DNA of 64,000 bases. Source: Octopus vulgaris (Eukaryota). The DNA lies in the NCBI GenBank assembly GCA_951406725.2, contig OX597825.1, positions 27,776,001 through 27,840,000 on the forward strand, written 5' to 3'. The first letter of the stretch is position 1; every line of letters starts with the position of its first letter. Of the stretch, positions 30,695-44,529 are shown piece by piece. The position numbers and the translations under genes are program-made. The notes beneath the pieces are model-generated. The model saw nothing but the letters and a program-made list of their open reading frames with translations, searched no databases and was not told the DNA's origin.

Positions 30695-30753
<59 letters not shown>

Positions 30754-31324
30754 TTTGTATAAGCAGAATGTAACCAAAGTATATTCCAGTGTCATATAAC
30801 AAAAGAAATATCCTTATCGAAAGCTCTGTTGCCAAAATTCTAATGAAAATTGAAACCTGCCATATTGTACGTAATATTCATGAAGTATGGGTCTATAATA
30901 TCTGATTAATTAGAATGAAATTTTAAAAGAATATTATAGGTTAAGGGACTGGTTTCGTGGCCACCGTGGTGTATATATTTTCCCCATAGCAAGCTTACAA
31001 TCATGAGTCAAACACCCTAGCCATTAAACCATTGACCCGCGCACTTCCACTTAGCATGAAAAATCTGAGCTATACTTATGAAGTTCTGGAAATGTATTTT
31101 GTAACAATTAGCTATAAATTAAAAGCAATAAATATGTCTATGACCTGCGGGATCGTTTAATCAAAATTTATTTGATTGCACAAACAAATTTCACCTACAA
31201 ATAAGTATAACTGTAATATTATAGCGTTAGCAATAATACAAACTATAATAATGTTAATTATTTGAGTAATGTGAATTTTACAAAAACAAGAATAAGCAGA
31301 AGAGGAGGAATGGGAGGGGAGATG

Positions 31325-31656
31325 GAAGAAGAAGAAGAAAAAGAAAAAGAAAAAGAAGAAGAAGAAGAAGAAGAAGAAGAAAAAGAAAAAAGAAAAAGAA
31401 GGAGAAGAAGAAAAAGAAGAAGGAGAAGAAAAAGAAGAAGAAGAAGAAGAAGAAGAAGAAGAAGAAGAGAAGAAAAAGAAGAAAGAAGAAGAAGAAGAAG
31501 AAGAAGAAAAGAAGAAGAAGAAGAAGAAGAAGCAGAAGAAGAAGAAGAAGAAGAAGAAGAAGAAGAAGAAGAAGAAAGAAGAAGAAGAAAAAGAAAAAGA
31601 AGAAAAAGAAGAAGAAGAAGAAGAAGAAGAAGAAGAAGAAGAAGAAGAAGAAGAAG
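31325..31656. repeat. Imperfect (AAG)n microsatellite
   Basis: Directly visible. Confidence 0.95.
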
Positions 31657-31685
31657 CTGAGAGTTTCCATTAAATAATAGTAATC

Positions 31686-31882
31686 CCTCTATAAAAGACA
31701 CGAGGTCTGAAACATTGAAAGAAGGGACTTGTCAGTGCATGGCTGGTATTTATATTATTGATGCCGAGAGGATGAAAGGCAAAGTCTACCTCGGAAGAAT
31801 TTTTACTCGGAATGTAAAGATGGATGAAATGCCGCTAAGCATATTGCCCGGGGTGCTTACCATTCTGTAAGCTTGCCGCCTT
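31686..31882 (-). mobile_element. SINE family B
   Basis: Reverse complement of family B (ggatgaaaggcaaagtc, ccgctaagcat, gcttgccgcc). Confidence 0.75.
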
Positions 31883-31889
31883 ATCATTA

Positions 31890-31972
<83 letters not shown>

Positions 31973-31974
31973 TA

Positions 31975-33831
31975 TACAGGAAAGCGTATGACAGTGTCCC
32001 ACATAAATGGATACTCAAGGCCCTTGAGATATACAAGATCTCTCCTGTCGTCTCAAAATTCTTAGAGAATAGCATGACCATGTGGAACACACGTCTCTTT
32101 CTAAGCCATAGTAATGGGATGAGCCAGTCCAACAGCATCAACATCAAACGAGGCATCTTTCAAGGTGACTCCCTCTCTCCATTACTTTTTTGCCTGGCAG
32201 TGATCCCACTCTCAAACGAATTGGATAGTACCAGATATGGGTACAAAGTTTTTAGTAAGTTAAGAAACCACCTCTTCTATATGGACGACCTAAAGCTGTT
32301 TGCCAGGAATGACCAAGAGCTAGAAGGGCTGCTAACAACTGTTAAAAAGTTTAGCAATGATATCGGAATGGATTTTGGCCTTGATAAGTGTGCTAAAGCA
32401 ACTTTTGTAAGAGGCAAGCTCAGGCAAACAGCTTCTGTTAAATTAGATATTGACACTACCATCAAGGAACTTGACCCACAGGAAAGTTACAAATACCTAG
32501 GAAACAACGTAGGAGATGGTATACATCATGCTACTATGAAGGAAAAAATAAGAAAGGAATACTATAGGAGAATAAGGCTTGTACTGAAGACTGAACTCAA
32601 CTCCAAAAATTGCATTGAGGCCATTAACACCCTGGCACTTCCAGTAGTCCAGTACAGTTTTAACATCATTAACTGGAACCTTACGGAACTCCAACGCTTG
32701 GACAGGAAGACAAGAAAGTTACTGACATCCAAGAGCATGCACCACCCTAAGGCAGATGTAGACCGCTTGTACCTACCTAGAAGCAGCGGGGGGAGAGGAA
32801 TGATGCAATTAGAGCTGTGCTATAAGACCTCTACTGTAGGAATGAACAGGTACTTATCTAGTACAAAGGACTGGATGCTGCGACTTGTGTGCGAACACGA
32901 AAGCAGCAAAAAGCTGCATTCTATTGTCAAGGAAGCTTATAAGTTCGAAAGGGAACTAGACATTAACCTTGAATCAGATGAAGAGCCGGAAACCACTGCT
33001 ACCAAGCAAGCAAAGCGAATCAAGCAGACTGCAAAAAAGAACGGGCAGAATCAAATTGAGAGGCGGTGGAGCCAGAAGCCCCTGCATGGACAATATATTC
33101 TCCGAAGCCAAAATGCTGATGTAGACCAAGCAACAACCCATCAGTGGCTGAAGAGCTCTGGATTGAAAGCAGAGACTGAAGGTTTCATAATGGCAGCACA
33201 AGATCAAAGCTTGTTTACCAGTAATTACCAGGCTAACGTTCTCCGAAACGGTACTGACCCTAAATGCAGATGCTGCGACACATTTGACGAAACGATAGAC
33301 CATCTCGTTTCGGGATGTCCTGTGCTGACACCAAACGAATACAAAAATCGCCACGATAGGGTAGGACAGTATATACATTGGAAGATATGTAAACACTACA
33401 AATCCGACACTCCTGCTAACTGGTATGAACACCATCCTCAGCCAGTTGTTGAAGGTAAAGATGTCACCATCCTCTGGGATTTTCCAGTCAACACTGACAG
33501 AACGATCAAGGCTAATCGAGCAGACATAATTGTTAAAGACAGGGAAGAAAATACTTGCAGACTAATAGAAGTAAGCGTCCCCACTGATAAAAATGTATCT
33601 GTCAAGGAATTTGACAAACTTAGTAAATATAAGGACCTGGAAATCGAAATACAGAGGATGTGGAATCTTAAAACAAAAACTGTTCCTGTTATTGTAGGTG
33701 CCCTAGGTATGATAAAAAAGGGATGTCAGAAACACCTAGACAATATCCCTGGAAAACCATGTCTCAAGGAAATCCAAAAGATTGTGCTAACAAGTACTGC
33801 CCACATCCTTAGAAAAACCCTATCAATGTAA
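31975..33831 (+). CDS. Partial reverse transcriptase + CCHC zinc knuckle + PD-(D/E)xK restriction-like endonuclease (frame open from 31975; first ATG at 32074)
   Basis: YRKAYDSVPH, GIFQGDSLSP, LFYMDDLKL, FGLDKC, YKYLG, LYLPRSSGGRG, CRCC..ETIDHLVSGC, RHD, NRADII, KLSKYKDL. Confidence 0.93.
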   Translation, partial: YRKAYDSVPHKWILKALEIYKISPVVSKFLENSMTMWNTRLFLSHSNGMSQSNSINIKRGIFQGDSLSPLLFCLAVIPLSNELDSTRYGYKVFSKLRNHLFYMDDLKLFARNDQELEGLLTTVKKFSNDIGMDFGLDKCAKATFVRGKLRQTASVKLDIDTTIKELDPQESYKYLGNNVGDGIHHATMKEKIRKEYYRRIRLVLKTELNSKNCIEAINTLALPVVQYSFNIINWNLTELQRLDRKTRKLLTSKSMHHPKADVDRLYLPRSSGGRGMMQLELCYKTSTVGMNRYLSSTKDWMLRLVCEHESSKKLHSIVKEAYKFERELDINLESDEEPETTATKQAKRIKQTAKKNGQNQIERRWSQKPLHGQYILRSQNADVDQATTHQWLKSSGLKAETEGFIMAAQDQSLFTSNYQANVLRNGTDPKCRCCDTFDETIDHLVSGCPVLTPNEYKNRHDRVGQYIHWKICKHYKSDTPANWYEHHPQPVVEGKDVTILWDFPVNTDRTIKANRADIIVKDREENTCRLIEVSVPTDKNVSVKEFDKLSKYKDLEIEIQRMWNLKTKTVPVIVGALGMIKKGCQKHLDNIPGKPCLKEIQKIVLTSTAHILRKTLSM

Positions 33832-33985
33832 ATGTTTGTGTTTGCATTACATGGAGATATATCTCTACTTCCCCTCCCCAAGCTTTCAGCTATATTTCAA
33901 CAACTCTTAACCTTCACTTGCCCTAGGGCGCTGGGTGTGCCCCGGCAGGTGATTGCATCAAACATGCAGATTAAAAGTAAATGAC
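31975..33985 (+). mobile_element. 5'-truncated R4/Dong-clade non-LTR retrotransposon inserted in (TAA)n
   Basis: Begins mid-RT immediately after an AAT tract (31891-31974), has a ~150 bp 3' UTR and is followed by an AAT tract (33986-34027). RT followed by a C-terminal restriction-like endonuclease; TAA targeting is characteristic of Dong elements. Confidence 0.9.
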
Positions 33986-34029
<44 letters not shown>

Positions 34030-34030
<1 letters not shown>

Positions 34031-34242
34031 CCTTTCCATTATAGGCACAAGTCCTGAAATACGCAGAGAGGGGGTAAGTCGATTGCATCGACACCGCTAG
34101 GTAACTGGTACTTATTAAATCAACCCTGAAAGGCTGAAAGGCAAAGTCGACCTCGGTGGAATTTGAATTCAGAACGTAGCGGCAGACGAAATACCGCTAA
34201 GCATTTTGCTCAGCGTGCAAATGATTCTGCCAGCTCACCGCC
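34030..34242 (-). mobile_element. SINE family B
   Basis: Well-preserved copy; minus-strand head ggcggtgagctggcagaatc...gaattcaaattcc. Confidence 0.8.
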
Positions 34243-34263
34243 TTAGGATGATATTATAATAAC

Positions 34264-34337
<74 letters not shown>

Positions 34338-34338
<1 letters not shown>

Positions 34339-34544
34339 TTCTACTAAACGCACAAGGCCGAATATTTTGTGGGATGGAACTAGTCGTTTCCATTGACCCC
34401 GTTGTTTCACTGGTACTTAATTTACCGACACAGAAAGGATGAAAGGCAACGTCAACCTTGGCGAAATTTGAACTCAGAACGTAAAGTCGAGAGAAATACC
34501 GCTAAGCATTTCGTCCAGCACGCTAACGATCCTGTCAGCTCGCC
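34338..34544 (-). mobile_element. SINE family B
   Basis: Head-to-tail with the previous copy, separated by an AAT tract. Confidence 0.8.
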
Positions 34545-36590
34545 AATAACAACAATAATAATAATAATAATAATAAATAACCATTTGAAAACGCCTAGTT
34601 TACTGTAACTGTTGGTCTCTGGTTGACTCTTGAAACAACTCGTATAGAAAAAAAGCAACAAAAACGTTAAATAATAATAATAAGTTTCTGCTGCGCAAAA
34701 GCCGTCTCGAGAGAATTCTGTTCAGTTGAATACTTATTTACGATATCACTTGAAATCAAAGGATACATACAGAAACATACAATGTATTTTAAATTATATT
34801 GTGTTATTTTTCGCTTTCTCCTACACTATTTTCCCTACTTACTTACTTTTTTGTTTTGTATTTTTTCCAAGTTATTTCTTTTACTCTGCAATTTCCTTCC
34901 CATGCTTCTCAAAACAACAATTTGACAAATACATGATTGTGAAAAATAAATGCCACAGAAAGGAAATTGCATTTTACTCCCACGTATCTTCAGCAGCGTT
35001 AAATTTTGTTTTACGTCAAAAGTCATAGACCTCTTAAAGCCATATAAAACTTATTCTTTCTACTGTTAAAATGGGTAGGATTTCGTTGAAAAAGAAAAAA
35101 GAACAAATGAAATATGTCAATTGAAATATTGGCTTCGTTTTACCAGTATTGTGATCGTGAACGAACACGGCACTTTCAATATTTAGTAGAATATTTGTTT
35201 GTATGAAGTCTATTTACGGAAGCTAATTTATTTATTTATTTTCTGTTTGTCTCAGTTATTTCTCATTCTCCATATTCTCTCAGTTCTCGCTATCTTATGC
35301 TAATCCACATGAGTCACTTCCATGAAAGGCCGTGTTCTCATAAGAATGGTGTATAGGAGATATCTTGGCAAGCTGATAGCCTTACTTGCTGTCATTGCGG
35401 AAAATATTCGGAAGGCACGGGTATATCAGGACATGGTAACGTGCAGACATTGCACACCCGACGCGAAACGAAATATTACTCACTGCTCCAGCGCATATAA
35501 TGTCGTTTGCTTAGCAGAAGCACGTTTATTTAGTACCAGAGAACTGTTGAGCATACTTGTATTGTTTTCTTTTATCGTATTCTGCTATATATTTGTACAA
35601 TCTCATCTGAAACCAAAACTGATTATCAGCAATTGATGTATTTTACTTTCGATAATAGTATGATCAATTGGAAGCGATTCAATTCCACCTATTGAGTTTT
35701 TTTCACTATACGAAACCCCGATATTTTTTTCAAATCTAACGCTTATTTTTAAAGAGATATATTGCGAATTCAATCGAAATGGGATATTATCAAATAATGG
35801 GATGATTTCAAATTAAATTAATGAAATTAGTTTAGAACCTAGGTTTATAGCAGCTGTACACACATGTAATATGTCCTTGTGATTCGCATCATCAACGCAT
35901 CAACAAACGTATTATTTGCATTGATTCAAATTATGCAGTTACTATCCAAATTTAAGGTGGTAGATTTTGAAGCATCAGAAAGTTGATTAATATTATCCTA
36001 GCATGTAGATTGACCCCATAAAATGATCCCATTGATTCATTAACGTGTGCGTGGTACATATCAGTTAGTTAACTCAATGAAAACTTTGGATTGGAGATGC
36101 TAAATGTTTGTTACACCGTTACATCACTATAGAGAATTTGTTTAATATCAGCCAGTAAAAATACCATAAAAGCCCTTGATTTTTTATACATTTTGATTCA
36201 GTATGTCAAATCAGTGGTTTAATGATTGAACCAATGAAGATGTGCCTCTCAGGGAATTAACAAATATCCAGTCTTATTTTACGTTTAAGTATAGTGCGAG
36301 ATGGAAGAATTATTTTTCGCTTGAAACAAAAGACGTCATCATAAAAATGAACTTGAAAGGATAATGTAATCCAGCTACCATGGTACGTCATAATTAATGT
36401 AATAGATTTGTGGAATAAATTTGTTTAAACAGAACATAAGCGAAACTGTCTCACTGAAGCTTTAACGAAATACACAAACCATATTTTGCACATATATAAC
36501 ATGTGCCATGCAACATACACACCGATTTATAAATACGGGTCTATAATACTACTTACATGAGTGTGTGAGAGTCTCTATGTGCGTGTGCAG

Positions 36591-36630
<40 letters not shown>

Positions 36631-36702
36631 ACATCATCATCATTATCCTCGTTTAACGTCCGTTTACCGTGCTAGCACGGGTTGGAGACCAAGCAGGGTT
36701 GG

Positions 36703-36740
<38 letters not shown>

Positions 36741-36742
<2 letters not shown>

Positions 36743-36833
36743 GAAAGAAAAATTGCGTTCAGAATGCTGGATGGTTGTATATAAAAAAATATATATACAA
36801 CCATCCAGCATTCTGAAAGCCCTTTTCTTTCAT
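36741..36833. repeat. Short fold-back palindrome next to (TA)n
   Basis: Perfect 26 bp arms ttcagaatgctggatggttgtatata / tatatacaaccatccagcattctgaa, plus outer atgaaagaaaa / ttttctttcat. Confidence 0.9.
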
Positions 36834-36898
36834 ATGTATTCACCCCCAATATTTCTGATATATATATACTTATATATATATATATTTATATATATATA

Positions 36899-36946
<48 letters not shown>

Positions 36947-36994
36947 CCACAGTAAGTAAGGTATATACATAGCAGAGTAATATACATATATATT

Positions 36995-37056
<62 letters not shown>

Positions 37057-37566
37057 TATATATATAGACATATATATATATATAAAGTGTGATGTGTGCG
37101 CGCATGTGATTGCCGGTTCGTGTGGATATCATTGAATATGTGTCTATCAAACACAGATAAGCGAGACTAGTTGCAGAAATTCAATAAGGCAAATATAACA
37201 ACTGCTGAAATTCTCATGAAATTTAGTAAACTCATACATAACCATGTTCATATTAAAATAAAAGTAATATCCATTTATAACTCTCAGTAGTATATAGTAC
37301 ATACATGCACTCACACGCACAAACTCACATATAAACACCGCACACACACACATGCACATATATACACATTAACATCAAGGCTCAAAATTGCAATACTGTC
37401 GACACAGAAATCTATCAAGCATATGTGAATGCTTGATAAAGTTTTCGTGAGAAAGACACCGTATTTCAATTTGCAACCTTCATTTTATTAAATATCTTCA
37501 CTCAGTATAAATTGCGAACGGTACGTATTTATGATACTCGACAATAATCAGTGCTTTGAACTAAGA

Positions 37567-37619
<53 letters not shown>

Positions 37620-37628
37620 ATGAATGTA

Positions 37629-37744
<116 letters not shown>

Positions 37745-37936
37745 TGTGTCTGTATGTGAAGCTATATAGAAACATGATGTGTGATATGTAAGCATGAATA
37801 ACATTCTATGACTTGAAATCATGAGAGATGTATGTATTGCTAAATATTTTCCAACAGAATATAATTTCATGCGAAAGAAATTGTAAGTGGACACATATTC
37901 ACGCAATGAGTGTGCGTGTGTGTGTATGTGTGTGTT

Positions 37937-37972
<36 letters not shown>

Positions 37973-38738
37973 TAGCACTTAGGGAAAACCATATTTTAGT
38001 CATATATTTCTATTTATTTTGGACATTCAACAACTTCAATTCATCCAATATTAGGAACTTTGACCATAATGAAAATATATTCAATGAAATACTATATGGT
38101 GTATTACCTTTCCTTAAATATTTTTTCGCTGTATGGCGTTTTTATTAGACTGCTACCAAAATGACTTAGATATATTTCTCGTTTTTCATATGAAGATATT
38201 TGTATGCTGAAAATCGCTCCCATACACACACACACACATTCAGTTTGTGTGTGTGCCTGCGTGTGTAAGTGCAGATGTTAGTACACACTGAAATTTATAC
38301 ATATACATAGAGAAAACCACATATCTAGATATATAAATTTCATATATATATATATGTGATAGAAATCAAATATTATATGTAAACAATTCACAGAACTAGA
38401 TTACTCAATTTGAATTTAGATCTCCAGAAGGCATCCTACACAAAGCAAATGTCAGACCTCACATTAACAAACACTGTATTGTCATATAATCAAGTGCACA
38501 TGCGCGCATGCACAGCACACACTCACACACACACACACACGCGCACTCTCTCTCTCTCTCAGTTTCTCTATCTCTTTTTATCTCTCTCTCTCTAGTCCAT
38601 AGAGACTGAAATTGAAGACTCATTGATGTATAAACCGGCATAGATATATAATTAGAATATACATATATATACGAGTATGTATACATTATATGCACATACA
38701 CATACGTGCAGACCCTGACTCATTCGTATATATGTATA

Positions 38739-38781
<43 letters not shown>

Positions 38782-38865
38782 AATATATATATATACGCAT
38801 ATATGTGTGTATGTATGTATGTATATATGTATATATATATACATATATGTATATATATGTGTGTG

Positions 38866-38906
<41 letters not shown>

Positions 38907-39088
38907 ACATATATATTTAATATATTTAATATATATATATATATATATATATACACCAACATATGCTTTGGACATGTCTACATATATATACATAGAAACA
39001 CACGCTTATGCTTTCTTGGTATATAAACATATTTCAGATTAAATAACCAATAATTCTTACAAATGATTATCTCCTATATTTATTCTAC

Positions 39089-39352
<264 letters not shown>

Positions 39353-39561
39353 TAACTTAAAACCAGAAATTAGTTTGAACAGTTCATAAACGATACTGCC
39401 CCAAACAAGAGTAACACAATAGTCAATATGTTATGGCGTTAGTCGATCGATAACCGTTTCGTGTCATCTGATTGTAAGAATAACGTTCGGCAACCATATC
39501 TAATATACTGAGCAACAGACACTTAAAAAAAATTTCGAATAATGCTCGGTTACACACACAG

Positions 39562-39719
<158 letters not shown>

Positions 39720-39730
39720 CATATATGTAG

Positions 39731-39764
<34 letters not shown>

Positions 39765-39787
39765 TAATATGTATTATATTAATATAA

Positions 39788-39834
<47 letters not shown>

Positions 39835-39914
39835 AGCATACACACACACACACACAAACACACACACGACGCACACAAACACATATACAGGCACGCACAC
39901 AGACACACACATAC

Positions 39915-40292
39915 ATAGGTGTCGACCTGTTGTGGCCTTCCTCAGTGGTAGATAAGCATCTGCTATAGACAGCAGTATTTCATTCCAGCTCGCTATATAT
40001 AGAAATTAAGTTAAAAAGAGCACTGCTCTTGCAACAAGCAACTTTGCTAGTTTCGAAATTTCTATATAAGATGAGAGCAGTAACTCTACTGAGAAGTAAT
40101 GTTTATCCACACTTAAACGTGATTATACTGTAGGGATTGAGGCTACTGCTATTTTTATCCCTAGGAGAAACCCTCCTCTAGCTGGTTATTCGATTCAATC
40201 TGGACTCGATAAGTATTGCAAGCCACGACACCACCATCGAATAACCAACCAGCTGGAGGGGGAGTCGTCCTGGGGTTAAAAATAGCAGTAAC
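39915..40292 (-). mobile_element. Degenerate repeat related to the 60165-60575 unit, ending in an inverted duplication
   Basis: 40142-40192 is an inverted match to 40237-40292; shares ccagctggag...cctgggg(t/c)taaa..a(g)cag(t/c)aac with 60485-60525. Confidence 0.55.
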
Positions 40293-40488
40293 ATCGGTCT
40301 CTGAGGAACAGCTATGATTGAATGTTGCAAAACGTTCCTTCTCACAATCACCCTGTATCTCTCACTGTCTCTCTGTCTGTCTGTTTGTCTCTCTCTCTCT
40401 CCATATATATATATAAATATGTTGGGTGGGGTAGTGTATGTAGAAGTTTGAAAAGGAAGACACGAGTTGATATATATGGAAAAACAAT

Positions 40489-41011
40489 GTCAAGGTAAAA
40501 AATGCTAAAATAATTTTATAAAAAATATTTCTGTACCGGTTTCAGAAATTAAATATTGGAAACGAGGAGAAGAATATTCTTTTGGAAGCAAAATATTCTT
40601 CTCCTCCTCCTCATCCCCTTCATTATCCTCCTCATCACCTTCATCCTCCTCCTCCTTCTTCTTCTTCTTCTTCTTCTTCTTCTTCTTCTTCTTCTTCTTC
40701 TTCTTCTTCTTCTTCTTCTTCTTCTTCTTCTTCTTCTTCTTCTTCTTTTTCTTCTTCTACTTCTTCTTCTCTTCCAAGAATTCACAACGATCTCGAACCC
40801 ACAAGAGTAAACAAGAGAGACAGAGACAGGCAGAAACAAGGAAAATGCCACTTGTACTTACAATACTATACAAATATTCTTTTAAAAATATTTTAATTCA
40901 AATTTTCCAAAATATAACTGTTTTCCATAGTAACAGTTGAAAAAGTCTCAATGACCGAAACCGGTACAGAAATATTTTTTATTAAATTATTACAGCATTT
41001 TCTATCTTGAC
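40489..41011. repeat. Inverted repeat of the same family as 63823-64000, with (TTC)n in the spacer
   Basis: 40489-40543 vs 40957-41011; degenerate hammerhead-like motif at 40934-40969. Confidence 0.8.
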
Positions 41012-41020
41012 TTTTTGCAC

Positions 41021-41109
<89 letters not shown>

Positions 41110-41119
<10 letters not shown>

Positions 41120-41785
41120 AGAGAAAAATCACTATTATGCAATTAAAACAATGATAGACATAAACCATATCATATAGAAAAGATAAAATAGATTATAAAA
41201 TATATAAGGAGATCACAAAAGTACAATAAATGAATAAACAATATATAATAAATAATAAGTAATAAGTAATAATATATAATAATTAACAATATATAATAAT
41301 TAATAAGTTTATTCATTTTTTATACTTTTTGTGATCTAGTTATATGTTATATGTTTTATGCGAATGTGCGTGGTTTAGTGGATATTCGGCTAAGGACCTT
41401 TAGATCGTGAGTGCAATTCCCAGCGGCGCGTTCTGTCCTTGAGCAAGACATTTTATTTCACTGTGCTCCAGTCCACTCAGCTGGCAAAAATGACTAGTAC
41501 CTGTATTTCAAAAGGCCAGTCTTGTCACGCTGAATCTCCACTAGAACTACGTTAAGGGTACTCGTCTTTGTGGAGTGCTCAGCCACATACACGTTAATTT
41601 CACGAGCAAGCTGTTCCGTTGAAGGTATCAGCTGGGACCCTCGTCGTCGTAACCGACGGAGTGCTCCTGACCAGCTAGCTAGTATATGTTTTATGATATA
41701 TTTTTTTTTCTACATGATATGGTTTATTTCTATCATTGTTTGAATTACGTAATAGTGTTTTCTCTAATTTATATATATATTATAT
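41110..41785. repeat. AT-rich fold-back element interrupted by a SINE
   Basis: 41110-41240 is matched in reverse complement by 41305-41360 plus 41696-41785. Confidence 0.7.
41361..41682 (+). mobile_element. tRNA-derived SINE, family D, with a 13 bp target-site duplication
   Basis: Degenerate tRNA-like head and central gtccttgagcaagacattttatttcac motif; TSD tatatgttttatg at 41348-41360 and 41683-41695. Confidence 0.85.
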
Positions 41786-41864
41786 ATTTATATTGTGAAA
41801 TTTGATTTAATATTAAAATGAATTTTCCCCCGTAAGTTTGGGTTTATACTCCCTATTATTATTG

Positions 41865-41920
<56 letters not shown>

Positions 41921-41937
41921 GTTATTATTATTATTAC

Positions 41938-42280
<343 letters not shown>

Positions 42281-42281
42281 T

Positions 42282-42396
<115 letters not shown>

Positions 42397-42444
42397 TAGA
42401 TATAGATATTGATATATAGATATATATACATTCACATATATATG

Positions 42445-42850
42445 TGCATGGGTGGCTATGTGGTAAGTAGCTTACTTAACAACCACATGGTTCCGGATTG
42501 AGTTCCACTACATGATACTTTGATTAAGTATCTTCTACTACAGCCTCGGGTCGATTAAAGCCTTATAAGGGCATTTGGTAGATGGAAACTGAAAGAAGCC
42601 CATGGTATATATGTGTATAAGTGTTTGTATATGTGTGTGTTTGTGTGTCTGTGTTTGTCCCCCACCATCGCTTAACATCCGATGTTGGTGTGTTTACTCC
42701 CCGCAATTTAGGGGTTCTACATAAAACACCGAGAGAATAAGTACTAGGCTTACAAAGAATAAGTTCTGGGGTCGATTTGTTCGACTAAAGGCGGTGCTCC
42801 AGCATGGTCGCAGCTAAATAACTGAAAAAATAAAAGAATAGAAGAATAAA
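42445..42850 (+). mobile_element. SINE family A
   Basis: gtggctatgtggtaagtagc ... taaaggcggtgctccagcatgg ... aaaagaata. Confidence 0.85.
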
Positions 42851-42920
42851 AAATATATATACATATATATACAAACATATATAGATAGATACATATACGT
42901 ATATATATAAATATATATAT

Positions 42921-42995
<75 letters not shown>

Positions 42996-43520
42996 GGTAT
43001 ATACAAAGAGGTACAGGTGTCAATTTATTACGGCCGTTTCTAACGACCCCCTTATTTGATTAATGAGAACATTACAAGTTTGCAAAGAAACCGTTTTCGT
43101 GAAATGACTTCATGATCTTCAAACACATTCATTCCGTGAATATGTTGGCAGAATTCCGTGAATTTGTTTAAAATATTTACATTATTTAAAATATTTACAT
43201 TGATTCATGTGGTCTGAACTTATGCACCAATTCTGATATTCACTTAATATTTTTGAGTATGCATTTTATCCAGACTAAACAAGGTGCCTCAATTTAAGTA
43301 CCTAATTCAAACGAATCTTAATTGCATTTCATATACATAGATACATACATACATACATACATGCATGCATACATACATACATACATACATACATACATAC
43401 ATACATACATACATACATACATACATACATACACATACACACATATATATGGCTTTATTAATATAACTATACACGTGCTGATGGCGATTTCTTTTCTATC
43501 TTTGGACTTCTCCCCTCATC

Positions 43521-43555
43521 GATTCCGACGAAGTGCTATGCTCGAAACTTCAAAC
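43521..43555 (+). ncRNA. Degenerate minimal hammerhead-like motif (CCGACGA core)
   Basis: gatt-CCGACGA-A-GTGC-tat-GCTC-GAAA-C-TTC-aaac; mismatches in stems I, II and III. Confidence 0.3.
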
Positions 43556-43940
43556 TCTCTCTCTTCAGCGCCTGTCAAGCTAATACACTCCTTGTGCTTA
43601 TCCTCTTGTCTGTAAATTTCGTTATTCATTTTGATTTTTAATTGACTGTTTCCTTGAATTGACTATATATAGATATACAACAAGATAAATAGGTTGACGG
43701 ATTGACAGGTAGGCCGACAGGCAAGCAGGAAGACAGATAGATAGACAGGTTCGTTCATGCATGACTAGCTGTGTTTGAATGCCTTAAAATAGAGATTTGC
43801 GAGCGCGTCTGTGTGTGCATCCATTTTACGTGTGGTCATCCTGAGACTTTCATATAGTCGACTAATGTTGCCCCATCATTAATACCCTGCAACTGGTTGT
43901 ACACAATTCTATTACGCTACGAGCATCAGCATTCCTCAGT

Positions 43941-44320
43941 AGGAGTGGCTGTGTGGTAAGTAGCTTGTTTACCAGCCACATGGTTCCGGGTTCAGTCCCC
44001 CTGTCTTCTGCTATAGCCTCGGGCCGACCAAAGCCTTGTGAGTGGATTTGTTAGACGGAAACTGAAAGAAGCCCGTCGTATATATGTATATGTATATGCG
44101 TGTGTGTGTTTGTGTGTTTGTGTTTGTCCCCCCAGCATTGCTTGACAACCGATGCTGGTGTGTTTATGTCCCCGTTACTTAGCAGTTCGGCAAAAGAGAC
44201 CGATACAATAAGTACTGGGCTTACAAAAGAATAGGTCCCGGAGTCGAGTTGCTCGATTAAAGGCGGTGCTCTAGAATGGCCGCAGTCAAATGTCTGAAAT
44301 ATGTAAAAGAGTAAAGAGTA
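43941..44320 (+). mobile_element. SINE family A (small deletion after the B box)
   Basis: aggagtggctgtgtggtaagtagc...gggttcagtcc...aaaagagtaaagagta. Confidence 0.9.
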
Positions 44321-44529
44321 AAATGGATTAATATTAGACACATTTTTTTTCAGTACATATTGTCTGAATTGAATCATTTCGTTTTCATTTTCATGATTTT
44401 GCAACTCTAAAGAAACATGACTATCAATTAAAATACATTATCTGGGCAAACATATGTTGTTCCAATACTCATCTCTCAGATGCTCTGAAATGTTTCTTAC
44501 GTATGATTTTCGGTAATTTTAAACAACCT

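Noticed and set aside
32277-33435. Antisense ORFs over the Dong element
   Set aside because: Shadow frames of the RT coding strand.
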